This document shows, one piece after another, positions 10,247 through 20,740 of a stretch of 56,796 bases of DNA. Below the pieces are notes generated by a model. The model ran no database searches and was not told the DNA's origin. It saw nothing but the letters and a program-made list of their open reading frames with translations. Both the position numbers and the translations under genes were made by a program. Positions within the stretch are counted from its first letter, which is position 1. Each line of letters starts with the position of its first letter. Source of the DNA: a virus (lineage: Duplodnaviria; Caudoviricetes); the IMG/VR virus record IMGVR_UViG_3300022934_000023, positions 1 to 56,796 of that record. One strand, written 5' to 3'.

Positions 10247-10926
10247 TGCCGTACAATTATCTCGACATCGTCAATGAGGTTGCTCGGCGTTTGAATGAGA
10301 CTGAGCTAACCAGTTCGAACTTTTCAACTGCGAGAGCCTTTCACGCAACCATCAAGGATGCTGTCAACTCCTCGATCCACGACATCAATCAGTATTACCT
10401 GTACTGGCCCTACAACCACAACTCGGATGAGATCACGCTGGTTGCCGGGGAGACACGCTACTCGTTTGCAGACGAGGCTAAGTACGTAGACTTCGACACG
10501 TTTCGAGTGAAGCGGGACACGAGCCTCAACGTGGGAAGAGCGCGTAAACTCCGGAAAATCACCTATGTAGAGTACGTGGATCGGTACGTCGATCAGGAAG
10601 ACGAGACGGACACCACGCGAGGCGGTGTTCCGGAGTACGTGTTCCGCTCCCAAGATGGGTATTTTGGCGTCGTGCCTATGCCTGACAAGGCGTACGCCGT
10701 CGAGTACGAATACTTTATGCACCCCGTGAACCTGTCGCTGTTCGACGACGTTCCCACGATCCCCGAGCCGTACAAGCACGTGATCGTAGACGGTGCCATG
10801 TACTACTGTTACATGTTCCGCGACAACATGGAGATGGCATCTATCTCAAAGAACAAGTTCGACGAGGGCATGAAGAACATGCGAAAGATACTTGTAAACG
10901 AAAACTATTACGTAAGGTCTGTGTAA
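10246..10926 (+). CDS. Head-tail adaptor (tail tubular protein A-like)
   Basis: YL.IVN.V.RRLNE N-terminus, P.IPE.Y..VIVDGA; size and position before nozzle. Confidence 0.75.
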   Translation: MPYNYLDIVNEVARRLNETELTSSNFSTARAFHATIKDAVNSSIHDINQYYLYWPYNHNSDEITLVAGETRYSFADEAKYVDFDTFRVKRDTSLNVGRARKLRKITYVEYVDRYVDQEDETDTTRGGVPEYVFRSQDGYFGVVPMPDKAYAVEYEYFMHPVNLSLFDDVPTIPEPYKHVIVDGAMYYCYMFRDNMEMASISKNKFDEGMKNMRKILVNENYYVRSV

Positions 10927-10929
10927 GGG

Positions 10930-12795
10930 ATGCCGGATCGTTGGCAAACATACGGGGTGGAGTTTCGCGGCGGCTTGATCTCCAATCTTAGCCCCTTGCA
11001 GCACGGCACTGCCGCCCCCGGCTCGGCCCGTGTCATGAACAACTTCGAGCCGTCTACAGAGGGTGGCTACCGGCGTATCGAAGGATTTACAAAATATAAC
11101 ACGAACGAAATAACCGGACAGGGTAATGTTCTTGGGGTTGTACTCTATAAGGACACCGCCATCGTAGCCCGTGACCAGAGTGGGGGCAACCCGAAGCTGT
11201 TTAGCGGGGGTAGCGGATCGGGTTCGTGGACAGACCTCTCGACCAGCCACACTCTCGGCGCAAACGTGGCACGGGTACGTTTTGCTAAGTACAACTTCGA
11301 TGGCAACGACAAACTGTTTATCGTAGACGGGGTGGGCTACCCTCTCATCCTTACAAGTACGATTGCCAGCGGTTTGAGCAAGCTGACAACCCCTTCCGAC
11401 CTACAGGGGGCAAGCCACGCAGTTGCATTTAAGAACCACATCTTTGCTGCCAACGGAGAAAACGTCGTTTTTTCGGCTCCATTTGAAGATGATGACTTTA
11501 CAGCAGCTTCTGGTGGCGGTATAATCAACGTAGGTACAACTGTAACAGACTTGATTGTTTTTCGCGAACAACTAATTGTTTTCGGGGAAGACAAGATTCT
11601 GCGTATCGTAGGCAGTAGCGTTGCGGACTTTCAGATGCAACCGATTGCGGACGACGTGGGGTGCGTAGAGTCTGACACAGCACAGGAGATATCTGGAGAC
11701 GTTATATTCTTGGGTCCGGATGGACTGCGTACGGTTGCGGCAACAGAGCGCAATCAAGACTTCGAACTGGCGTCCGTATCCAAGCCCATCCAGAAACAGA
11801 TGGTGCAGCTAACATCTCAGAATAGCTCCTTTGCATCTGTGGTCATCCGAGAGAAGTCCCAGTATCGACTCTTCGGGTTCACGGGATCGGCCACACCGGG
11901 TACATCGAAAGGGATTATCGGAACGCAGATTCAAGGGCAGCAGGGCGTAGGCTTGAACTGGGCGGAGACTACCGGCATCAAGGCGTTCGTTGCAGATTCG
12001 ACGTACAGCGGAACTACGGAGACCATCCTTTTTGCACACAATGACGGCTACGTGTACAAGATGGAGTCGGGCAACAGCTTTGACGGGGGCAACATCGTCG
12101 CCAGCTTCTCTACTCCGTACTTCCCGATTAGTGACGCTCGTCTTCGCAAGACTATCTACAAGACCACAGTCTATACTGATCCACAGGGCACCATCGATCT
12201 TTCCTTGAACCTGAAGTATGACTTGAGTGAATCGGGAGTTATCGAGCCGAGTACTATCACTCTGGAAAATACATCAACTGCAGGGGGTGTGTTTATTTTT
12301 GGAGAGCCTAATGTTCAGTTTGCGGACGGTGCTAAGATAAATAACAGTGGAGGATACTCGTCGGGAGTGTCAAGTATGGTTGTGGACCTGATGTCTTTGG
12401 ATAGCTCGTCGTCACCTACCCTAGCTTCAGGGGACACATTTCAGATTCTTACAAGTAGCAGCAGTTCTGCCAACTTCAAAAAGACATACACGCTATCGAG
12501 TACGCCCTCTATAACAGGAGACGCATCCGCAGACCCGTCTACAGCAACAGCAACATTGACATTTACTCCTGCACTAGAAGCCGCTGTATCTGACAACGAC
12601 GATGTCATTTTTACTAGTGTGGGCGGAGTTAATAACACGGCGGTGTACAGCGGAGAAACTTTGAAGTCTATTTTTGACAATCAAGCACAGGGGTCAGGAT
12701 TTACTGTATCACTTCAGTTTTCTAGTGACGACACCAACCCCCCTTACTCGCTCGACGCAGCGGTTCTTGAATACGGCCAGTACGGCAGAAGGTAA
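10930..12795 (+). CDS. Tail nozzle (tail tubular protein B-like)
   Basis: GGL, NFEP..EGGYRRI.G and FLGPDGLR motifs; beta-propeller-like composition. Confidence 0.75.
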   Translation: MPDRWQTYGVEFRGGLISNLSPLQHGTAAPGSARVMNNFEPSTEGGYRRIEGFTKYNTNEITGQGNVLGVVLYKDTAIVARDQSGGNPKLFSGGSGSGSWTDLSTSHTLGANVARVRFAKYNFDGNDKLFIVDGVGYPLILTSTIASGLSKLTTPSDLQGASHAVAFKNHIFAANGENVVFSAPFEDDDFTAASGGGIINVGTTVTDLIVFREQLIVFGEDKILRIVGSSVADFQMQPIADDVGCVESDTAQEISGDVIFLGPDGLRTVAATERNQDFELASVSKPIQKQMVQLTSQNSSFASVVIREKSQYRLFGFTGSATPGTSKGIIGTQIQGQQGVGLNWAETTGIKAFVADSTYSGTTETILFAHNDGYVYKMESGNSFDGGNIVASFSTPYFPISDARLRKTIYKTTVYTDPQGTIDLSLNLKYDLSESGVIEPSTITLENTSTAGGVFIFGEPNVQFADGAKINNSGGYSSGVSSMVVDLMSLDSSSSPTLASGDTFQILTSSSSSANFKKTYTLSSTPSITGDASADPSTATATLTFTPALEAAVSDNDDVIFTSVGGVNNTAVYSGETLKSIFDNQAQGSGFTVSLQFSSDDTNPPYSLDAAVLEYGQYGRR

Positions 12796-12800
12796 ACATC

Positions 12801-14528
12801 ATGGCAGGTTACACACGAAACGACACAGCCGGTAACATTGCAGACGGTAACGTCATTAGTGCTGCTCCCCTCGACGGGGAGTTCGACGCTATTCAAGATG
12901 CGTTTGCCCTCTCTACCGGTCACACACACGACGGCTCTACAACAGGTGACGGCGGACCCGTCAGCAAGCTCGGCCCGTCCCAGCAACTCGAACAAACTGC
13001 AAGCACTCTCGCAACTACCACTGACATTACTGTCGCAACGAACAAGTTTATCCAGTTCCGAGACAACGGTCTCAAGATTCTGTCCAGTGCAGACGGACAA
13101 CTCGACATTGATGCCGACACAGAGCTAGAGATAGTTGCGCCGACTGTTGACATCGACGCAGCGACAGCCGTGACTATCGACACGGCAACCATGACTGTGA
13201 CTGGTTCTGCTAACGTAACGGGTGATCTCGACGTTGACAACATCAACATCGATGGTAACACCATCACTTCGACAGATACCGACGGCGACATCACCATCTC
13301 CCCGAATGGCACGGGTACGGTTGTAATTGACACTGATCTCGACGTTGACAACATCAATATTAATGGCAACACAATCATCAGCACCGACACTGACGGTGAC
13401 ATCGTTATTACGCCCAACGGCACTGGCACCGTTGTAATCGATGCCGACGTTGATGTTGACAACTTGAACATCGACGGCAACACGATCAGCAGCACAGACA
13501 CCGATGGTGATATTAACATATCGCCCAACGGCACTGGCACTGTGGTGATCAATACTGACCTTGACGTTGACAACATCAACATCGACGGCAACGCCATCAC
13601 CAGTACGAACACTGACGGTGACATTACAATTACACCTGATGGCGACGGCAAGATTGTCCTTGACGGCTTGAACTTTCCGATTGCAGACGGGTCTGCGGAT
13701 CAGTTCCTCAAGACTGACGGCTCCGGCCAGCTAAGTTTTGCTACAGTAGACCTGTCCACCATCAACATTGTGGACGACACGACACCTCAACTCGGCGGTA
13801 TGCTCGACGTTAACGGCAACGCGATTGGTGACGGCACCCTCGAACTCATCAAGTTCTCTGAGACGGCTAGCGCAGTCAACGAAATCACCATCACCAACGC
13901 CGCAACAGGGGGCCATCCTCTTATTCAGGCATCTGGTGACGACACCGACATAAACCTTCAACTCGACGGCAAGGGGACTGGTGTAGTAGAGGTGGTCGAT
14001 GGCCTGACCGTGGGGGGTAATCTTACGGTCAACGGTACCACCACCACAATCTCCACGACTAACACGGTTGTTTCTGACACCCTGATAGAGCTTGGTAACG
14101 GAACTACCGGCTCCCCTGTAAATGACTCAGGTCTGGTTATCGAGCGGGGGGATTCGGACAACGCCTTTATCGGTTTCGATGAAAGTGCTGACAAGTTTAC
14201 GATGGGCACCGGCACGTTCACAGGTGCAAGCACCGGAGACTTGACTATCACTGCCGGTACCCTCGTTGCTGATCTAGAGGGCGACGTTACTGGTGACGTT
14301 ACTGCGGAAAAGGTAATCGCGTCGAACACTAATGCCAGCGACACTGGTACAGATGTGGCGATCCAGATTGGTGCAAGCACAGACTGGACCGTGCTGGTTA
14401 CGTCTTCGGATGAACTTGTGTTCCGTCACAACGGTGTTGCCAAGATGTTGCTGACGACAACAGGCCACCTGAAGGTCATCGACGACATCACGGCATTTGC
14501 CGATCTGTCCAGCTACGACGGAGCGTAA
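12801..14528 (+). CDS. Tail fibre protein with tail-attachment N-terminus
   Basis: MAGYTR...IADG.VI.A...GHTHDG; tandem repeats; DTTPQLGG motif. Confidence 0.8.
   Translation: MAGYTRNDTAGNIADGNVISAAPLDGEFDAIQDAFALSTGHTHDGSTTGDGGPVSKLGPSQQLEQTASTLATTTDITVATNKFIQFRDNGLKILSSADGQLDIDADTELEIVAPTVDIDAATAVTIDTATMTVTGSANVTGDLDVDNINIDGNTITSTDTDGDITISPNGTGTVVIDTDLDVDNININGNTIISTDTDGDIVITPNGTGTVVIDADVDVDNLNIDGNTISSTDTDGDINISPNGTGTVVINTDLDVDNINIDGNAITSTNTDGDITITPDGDGKIVLDGLNFPIADGSADQFLKTDGSGQLSFATVDLSTINIVDDTTPQLGGMLDVNGNAIGDGTLELIKFSETASAVNEITITNAATGGHPLIQASGDDTDINLQLDGKGTGVVEVVDGLTVGGNLTVNGTTTTISTTNTVVSDTLIELGNGTTGSPVNDSGLVIERGDSDNAFIGFDESADKFTMGTGTFTGASTGDLTITAGTLVADLEGDVTGDVTAEKVIASNTNASDTGTDVAIQIGASTDWTVLVTSSDELVFRHNGVAKMLLTTTGHLKVIDDITAFADLSSYDGA
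13224..13667 (+). repeat. Four tandem 111-bp (37-aa) repeats
   Basis: D.DVDN.NI.GN.I.ST.TDGDI.I.P.G.G units at 13224, 13335, 13446, 13557. Confidence 0.9.
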
Positions 14529-14530
14529 AG

Positions 14531-15544
14531 ATGGCAGTCGATGGTGGCGTAGGAAACGCAATTTCGTTTTCGGAACTCCAGACCTACTACGGCGGGTCTA
14601 ACCCTATCAGCATGTCCGAATACTATCGTGGCGGCTCTGAGGTTCCTTCGACTCGAACCGACACCACAACGAACACGGGCGTAACTGCACTTGTAAACCA
14701 GTCGGCTTTATTTGGCACAGCAGGCTCGGGAGTTGACGGAAATCAATCTAGATTGACCATAGACGGGGCAAATAACACTGGCGTAAATTCTAGCCCCGCC
14801 ACCGGAACTATCGTATTCAGCGAATCGACCACCGTATCTGCGACGAAAGATTATAGCATGAATAGCCTTCTGGAGTACCACCTAAATTCATATAACAACA
14901 CCTTTTACACCAGCACGTCCGCGCATCTTAGGCTCGGCGGATACGACTTTTTCGACGCCTCAAACTGCGTTCGCAGCATCACCACCAGTAGCAGCTTCGT
15001 AACCGCACAGACCCTGACCTCGGCTCTAACCGCCGGCACTTGTGGGATTGAAATATATTACGTCGCCAACGACTCCGATGCGGAGGGTAGCATCCAACCT
15101 GTTGTTACTATTAAACGTGGTGGAACTACACTTTACTCGTTCAACGTATCTTTCAGCAACGGTTCCGCCATCACCTCATCAGCAAACCTAACCGGGTTGC
15201 AGAACGGGGACACCATTGAAGCTAGAACCGGGTCTTATGGCGGCCAGACAAGGGTTGTTTTTTTCCCTCGCGAGGCTGTGGGGGGCAACGCCAACAACAC
15301 TTTTGCGGCGGGTAGCTACGCCCTTTCATTTTACGGTTTAGGCGGCAACAACAACCTCCCCGGCCTCGATGCTACTTTGAACTTCTCCACTAGCGGCACA
15401 GTTCAATACAACAGCTTTGGCGGCACGTTTACCAGCATCAGCACGACCAACACAGATGTAACTGTTAACACAAATACAAATGTACCAACCTCTGGTCCAG
15501 TAAACATGAACGTATTCAACGCGCCGGGGACGCCATCACCATGA
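14531..15544 (+). CDS. Distal fibre / receptor-binding protein
   Basis: AISFSELQ..YGGSNPISMSEYYRGG N-terminus and NTNVPTSG C-terminus around a Ser/Thr/Gly-rich core. Confidence 0.65.
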   Translation: MAVDGGVGNAISFSELQTYYGGSNPISMSEYYRGGSEVPSTRTDTTTNTGVTALVNQSALFGTAGSGVDGNQSRLTIDGANNTGVNSSPATGTIVFSESTTVSATKDYSMNSLLEYHLNSYNNTFYTSTSAHLRLGGYDFFDASNCVRSITTSSSFVTAQTLTSALTAGTCGIEIYYVANDSDAEGSIQPVVTIKRGGTTLYSFNVSFSNGSAITSSANLTGLQNGDTIEARTGSYGGQTRVVFFPREAVGGNANNTFAAGSYALSFYGLGGNNNLPGLDATLNFSTSGTVQYNSFGGTFTSISTTNTDVTVNTNTNVPTSGPVNMNVFNAPGTPSP

Positions 15545-15750
15545 TGAAACTAGAACATACAATGGAGCCTTTGATGAAGACCCAGATGGAACTCGAAGCC
15601 CACGAAAAAGAGTGCGCCATCCGTTACGCTGCTGTACACGAAAAACTAGAAAGTCTAGACAAACGCATGTGGCGCTTAGAGGCAATGATCATGGGCAGCA
15701 CCATCCTTGTGGTTGCGATGGTAGTGTCCGTATTTATGGGACTTAAATAA
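15541..15750 (+). CDS. Small coiled-coil protein with C-terminal TM helix
   Basis: HEKECA.RY...RLE motif followed by hydrophobic helix. Confidence 0.7.
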   Translation: MMKLEHTMEPLMKTQMELEAHEKECAIRYAAVHEKLESLDKRMWRLEAMIMGSTILVVAMVVSVFMGLK

Positions 15751-15752
15751 TT

Positions 15753-17057
15753 ATGGCAGAGATTGATCCAAAGAAAAAGAAGCAAGATATTGCATCTGAT
15801 ACCGATCTTCCTGAAGGCACCAAGATCGAACCGACGGACATTGAGGTCAAGAGCGACGAGGTCATTGGCATCGAAGATAAGTTGCCTGACGCCCCCACTC
15901 CTATCGACGCCCCCACTCCTATCGAGACTGTAGATCAGAAGATGCCTGATCGGTTTGATGCTGCAACGGTAGAGGCTACCAAGACTGGCGATGTAGGCAA
16001 GGCAGAGGTAGCACGAGGAGAGGTATCCGAGGGAGCTATCGTCGAGGCTGCACAGGGCACTGTATCTCCTGAGAGCATGGCGGAGGCCGTGACAGAGGAG
16101 CTTGACCCTCGTGCAACAACCCAGTATCAGATCGCGGAACTGTTCAAAGGTCTAGAGGCAGGAAGTCCTCCTCCGGCGTGGGCCGCTCCGGGCGTACGAA
16201 AGGCTGCAGCACTGATGCAGTCCAGAGGTCTGGGGTCTTCAAGCATGGCGGCAGGCGCTGCGATTCAGGCCATGATGGAGTCGGGCATTCCGATTGCTGC
16301 ACAGGACGCCCAGAAGTACGCCAACATCCAGTTGCAAAACTTAACTAACAGTCAACAGGCCACGTTGCAAAACGCAGCCACCGTTGCAGCAATGGACCTA
16401 GCTAATCTGAACAACCGTCAGCAAGCAGCCGTAGCAAATGCCAAGGCGTTTCTGTCTATCGACTTGCAAAACTTGACAAACGAACAGCAGGCTAACACGG
16501 TCACGTTCCAGCAAAAGGTTGCGGCCATGTTGTCTGACACGGCGGCAGAGAACGCAGCAAAGCAGTTCAACGCCAAGACAGAGAACGACATACAGACATT
16601 CTTTACAGAACTGGGCGTCAGCATTGAGGCAACCAACATCTCTCGTGACCTGTCTGTCAAACAGTTCAATCAGAATCAGAGCCTTGCACTCAAGCAGTTC
16701 AATGAACAGATGAAGCAGATGGACGCACAGTTCAAGGCAAACATGCGTCTGGAGATTGACCAGAGCAACGCGGTATGGCGTCGTAACGTCAACACTCAGA
16801 ACACAGCCGCACAGAACGAAGCGAACCGCCAGAACGCTACGAATCTACTGGCCATCACGCAACAGGCTTTGAATGACCTGTGGCAAGAGTACCGCGACAA
16901 GGCGGCGTGGGTCATCAAGATTTCAGAGAGCGCAAAGGATCGCGCACACAACGCTGCAATGCAGTCAGCGTCAATCAAAGCAAACGCTGACCTGTACGAT
17001 GAACAGATGGAAGACTTTCTGTATCTCGAAGCGATTGATAATTTATGGCCTGCATAG
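15753..17057 (+). CDS. Internal virion (ejection) protein, Gln/Asn/Ala-rich
   Basis: GLGSSSMA and PIAAQDA motifs; long helical repeats. Confidence 0.65.
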   Translation: MAEIDPKKKKQDIASDTDLPEGTKIEPTDIEVKSDEVIGIEDKLPDAPTPIDAPTPIETVDQKMPDRFDAATVEATKTGDVGKAEVARGEVSEGAIVEAAQGTVSPESMAEAVTEELDPRATTQYQIAELFKGLEAGSPPPAWAAPGVRKAAALMQSRGLGSSSMAAGAAIQAMMESGIPIAAQDAQKYANIQLQNLTNSQQATLQNAATVAAMDLANLNNRQQAAVANAKAFLSIDLQNLTNEQQANTVTFQQKVAAMLSDTAAENAAKQFNAKTENDIQTFFTELGVSIEATNISRDLSVKQFNQNQSLALKQFNEQMKQMDAQFKANMRLEIDQSNAVWRRNVNTQNTAAQNEANRQNATNLLAITQQALNDLWQEYRDKAAWVIKISESAKDRAHNAAMQSASIKANADLYDEQMEDFLYLEAIDNLWPA

Positions 17058-17069
17058 GGAACTAAGTAA

Positions 17070-17612
17070 ATGAGTTGGCTATCAAAAGCACTAAAGAACG
17101 ACGGACTGAAGATTGCTACAGCGGTGATCGGAGCAAGATTCGCAGGTGAGTACCTGTTCACAGAGGGAGAGTTTTCCGATGACAACTTCTTTGGATCGAC
17201 TCTGAAGAGTGCGGGTGTAACTCCGTTTCAACAGACTAAGATGGGTCAGGGCTTCTTGGGTACAGCTTTAGATACTCTTAAACCTATAGGGCAACTTGCA
17301 AGCAGTCTGGCACAGCGACAGAGAAAAATGCCTGTCCCTCAGATGGTAAGCTCGGGACCGCAGGGTACTCGCTTTGGCGCAAACATACTGCAGGGTGAAA
17401 GCCGTCAACCACAGCCGCTGTTTCCTCTGGGACGAGGCGGTCAGATTATGACAGCCATGAATAGCAGAGCAACGCAGCAGTACTTTGCAAAACAGGTACG
17501 CGCGATGGGGCTACCCAAGGCTGCACCACTCCCGTCTCCCAACATTAGCCTACCCGCCGTAAGCACAACCGCGTCACAACGTAGGTCGTACAAGAAGGTT
17601 GCAACAGCATGA
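17070..17612 (+). CDS. Hypothetical virion protein
   Basis: In operon; overlaps next gene by 4 bp. Confidence 0.6.
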   Translation: MSWLSKALKNDGLKIATAVIGARFAGEYLFTEGEFSDDNFFGSTLKSAGVTPFQQTKMGQGFLGTALDTLKPIGQLASSLAQRQRKMPVPQMVSSGPQGTRFGANILQGESRQPQPLFPLGRGGQIMTAMNSRATQQYFAKQVRAMGLPKAAPLPSPNISLPAVSTTASQRRSYKKVATA

Positions 17613-18148
17613 TAGACAAGATTACAGCACTAGCAGCACCTCCGGGTAACTCTCTAACTGACGCTCCCGGCAAGTGGCCGTGGGAACAACCTCCGCAGTT
17701 TGTTGACCCCGATGAGGCAATCGATCACGTTATCGAAGGTATCTCTGTTGGTCCTGCGCGAGAAGACATGCTCAAGATGATGCTGGCTGGCATCACCGTA
17801 GAGGAGATAGTGCAACAGATCGCGTTCAAGGGATTCATGGCAGGTGCAGTTACACCTGACGTTGCCGAGCTAATGAAGCCTGCACTGGGTATCTTTCTGG
17901 TAAACATGGCGCTTGAAGAAGGCTTCGAGCCAAAGATGTTTGTCCAAGAAGAACAGGTAAAGGGTGAAGTATCTGACGAGGCGTTCTTCCGTATAATGAA
18001 GAAACGCAACCCAGCGATGTTTGCTGGCATGGTAGAAGAACTCAATAAGATGGAACGTGAACAGGTTGACAGGTTCGTTGCTGACGAAAGAGCGGAACAA
18101 CTAGAAGAACAGACACCTTCATTCTTGAAGGTGGATCAGGAGATATAA
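17609..18148 (+). CDS. Conserved virion-module protein
   Basis: PG.SLT..PG..PWEQPPQ motif. Confidence 0.7.
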   Translation: MIDKITALAAPPGNSLTDAPGKWPWEQPPQFVDPDEAIDHVIEGISVGPAREDMLKMMLAGITVEEIVQQIAFKGFMAGAVTPDVAELMKPALGIFLVNMALEEGFEPKMFVQEEQVKGEVSDEAFFRIMKKRNPAMFAGMVEELNKMEREQVDRFVADERAEQLEEQTPSFLKVDQEI

Positions 18149-18149
18149 G

Positions 18150-20738
18150 ATGAGTCTGCCCCTATTTGTATACGCGCTATCCCGTATGTCCAAGTCTGAT
18201 CGTGTTCGAAAAGAACAGGCAGCGCAACAGGAACGTGAAAACACACTATACTCCTTCGGACATCAGGTTGATGATACCGGCAACCCTGTAGGTTCGTTCA
18301 GGCAGATGGGAGCGGAAGATAACGCGAAAAACTTCAAGGTAACTCATCTCAGGATGGGTTCTGGGGATATTTTTGCTGCCCCTAAGCTGGAGAAAGATCA
18401 GACTTTTACGAAAATGTATTCGTCCCTAGACGGAAAAACTATCGTACCAGAACTTGAGTATACCGCGCTACCAGAAAATGATAAAAAGAATTACACTTTT
18501 ATGGGAGTCCGGAACGATCTTACACAGGCAATCAGTGAGTCACCGTCTTACGATTACGCAATGCAGACAACTAATGTTCAAGAAGTTTCAGAAGATGCTG
18601 TGAAACACGTAGCAGAGGACGGAGAAGAGTTTGATAGCTTCAAGGAAGCTGATGAGTATTCTGCAGATAATAATCTGGATAGAAACTTGATCACTCGTCA
18701 AATTGTAACCACAAAGAAAATGGGAGATAATGTTTTATCAACCTCTGTTAACGTATCCGATATTTCTCTTGCTGCAGAGAATGCGCGTAACGCTGCGATA
18801 GACGAAAACAGAACTGTCAGAAGTAAAGACGGTACAATTCTATTCGCCAGCAAGGCAACGACAGATTCTGGATACGACACTGACTTTATATCGTGGGCGT
18901 CTAAGAATAAAGGTAACAAGGATTTGTGGGAGTCGCTAGACGATGGCACTATGAATCAAGTAAGGTCCACAGCTTACAACTACATAGTAAGAAATGAAGG
19001 TATCATGGTGGACGGACGATATGTTACTGATCCTAATAAACTTATCTCCGTGTCGCACCTGAAGTACCCCAACTTATTTGCCATTCCCGGATTCCGTCGG
19101 GAGTTTGACTCGCGTGTCTTACAGATTCCTAGAGATCAGTTGCAGTATGGCGACGAGCAAAACGGCGTTAGCCCCGAAGAAAGCATGTCGTTTACCGCAA
19201 CCGCTCCCTTGGATGACACTAAAGTGGCAGTCAACCTTTTACCTCCCGGTAATCTTAATGTTAAACAAGCTCACACTGCTTTGTTAGAATGGGGTACGAA
19301 AAATAAATATGCTGACGACGTTATGGCGGCTCGTCTAGGAAACGTACTCGTTACAAGTCCTGTGCCGGGGAACCCTACTGCACCTCTTAGAGTAGAGGCT
19401 GAACAGCCCTATCTGATGCAGATGCTAGATTTGGCCCAAAGACCCAGTCTGTCAGGAACGGGAACCGTTCTAGACATGGCTCACAGGTACTACAATCCTG
19501 CTATTCGGAACAAAAAACCTAACAATGATGAGCTAAAACAAGTAGGCAACGTCTTAGTCGGAGAAAAAGATTACAACAAGAAACTGTCTATTGTGGGCGT
19601 ATTTTCCCCCGATCTAAACCGGATAGGCTCTAACTCTGTGTTTGCGGAGTATAACACCAGCAAGTTTGCACAAGAAAAATTCGAGGGAAAAGAATTTAGC
19701 GATATGCAAATCCAGTCCGCCGGAGAAGCAAAGGCGGGGATGGAGTCTGTTCGTCTGATTGAGCAGTCCATGAGTCTTCTGATAGGCAATGATGGAAACT
19801 TTGTTAGGTACGGACAGAGAGTGGGTGAAACACTTCTATCTGTTTCAGGATTTATTGCAACTAGTAAAAATCTTGTTGCAGACGGCCTGTCAGCGGTGGG
19901 AATATCCGCAGATTCTCCAGTAGTAGGAAAACTGTTTGGTGACTTAGAGGCGGTATCCAAGGCTCTTGAGACTGGAGATGCAACCGCCGCTCAACAAGCG
20001 TTTACAGAATTCAACGACTATGCAAAAGCAACCTCATCCGCCACGGCAGGCCCACAGGATGCCGAAGTATTTAAGAAGAAAGAAGCAGAAGCCCGAGAAA
20101 GTAACGTAGCCTATCTTCGCCAGACTATAACGGACATGGCAAGCGGAGATAACAAGCTGGCTAACGTAGCGCGGCGTAAGTATCTTAACTATATCATCGC
20201 TTACAGTGTTGCAGCGGCTCTACAGGGTGGTACGGGAGGTCGCACAATCTCCGACCAAGACGTGCAGAACGTGCTTAACTTCTTGCAGCCGAGTAACTTC
20301 GCCACTGCTCAACAAGAATACCACAACTTGTCTAGCCTTCGAGATGATCTTATGTATCGGTCTCAACGCGCTGCCGCTTTTGCAAGTCCGATTAAGCAGA
20401 CAGTGATGGACGCCATGATAGTGGAAGACCTATCACAGCGATCAAGTGTGCGTGACCTTGACACCATGCTGCAACAGAGATTTGGAGACGGCGTCAAATA
20501 CGATCAACCCGCAGGAAGGAATGGAGGAGGTCCGGGACCAAGTCCTACCGGAGCCGCGTTTGGCGAGACAACTATCCCAGACAATCTACAGGATCAGTTT
20601 CTAGCATACGTAAATACCCAGTTGACACTGGTAGCCGGAGAGGGCGAGACACCAGTTTCGTACTCTAGCTTTGAAGACCTTCAGAAGGATTCAGAAAAGC
20701 TAGAATCAGCAGCCGCTCTATTTATGCGACGGAGATAA
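18150..20738 (+). CDS. Large internal virion protein
   Basis: 862 aa; GGRTISDQDV motif near C-terminus. Confidence 0.65.
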   Translation: MSLPLFVYALSRMSKSDRVRKEQAAQQERENTLYSFGHQVDDTGNPVGSFRQMGAEDNAKNFKVTHLRMGSGDIFAAPKLEKDQTFTKMYSSLDGKTIVPELEYTALPENDKKNYTFMGVRNDLTQAISESPSYDYAMQTTNVQEVSEDAVKHVAEDGEEFDSFKEADEYSADNNLDRNLITRQIVTTKKMGDNVLSTSVNVSDISLAAENARNAAIDENRTVRSKDGTILFASKATTDSGYDTDFISWASKNKGNKDLWESLDDGTMNQVRSTAYNYIVRNEGIMVDGRYVTDPNKLISVSHLKYPNLFAIPGFRREFDSRVLQIPRDQLQYGDEQNGVSPEESMSFTATAPLDDTKVAVNLLPPGNLNVKQAHTALLEWGTKNKYADDVMAARLGNVLVTSPVPGNPTAPLRVEAEQPYLMQMLDLAQRPSLSGTGTVLDMAHRYYNPAIRNKKPNNDELKQVGNVLVGEKDYNKKLSIVGVFSPDLNRIGSNSVFAEYNTSKFAQEKFEGKEFSDMQIQSAGEAKAGMESVRLIEQSMSLLIGNDGNFVRYGQRVGETLLSVSGFIATSKNLVADGLSAVGISADSPVVGKLFGDLEAVSKALETGDATAAQQAFTEFNDYAKATSSATAGPQDAEVFKKKEAEARESNVAYLRQTITDMASGDNKLANVARRKYLNYIIAYSVAAALQGGTGGRTISDQDVQNVLNFLQPSNFATAQQEYHNLSSLRDDLMYRSQRAAAFASPIKQTVMDAMIVEDLSQRSSVRDLDTMLQQRFGDGVKYDQPAGRNGGGPGPSPTGAAFGETTIPDNLQDQFLAYVNTQLTLVAGEGETPVSYSSFEDLQKDSEKLESAAALFMRRR

Positions 20739-20740
20739 TA

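Noticed and set aside
8759-14380. Long antisense ORFs (8759-9619, 12920-13651, 13958-14380; also 43311-44003 and 52777-53649)
   Set aside because: Shadows of codon-biased or repetitive sense genes with no motifs
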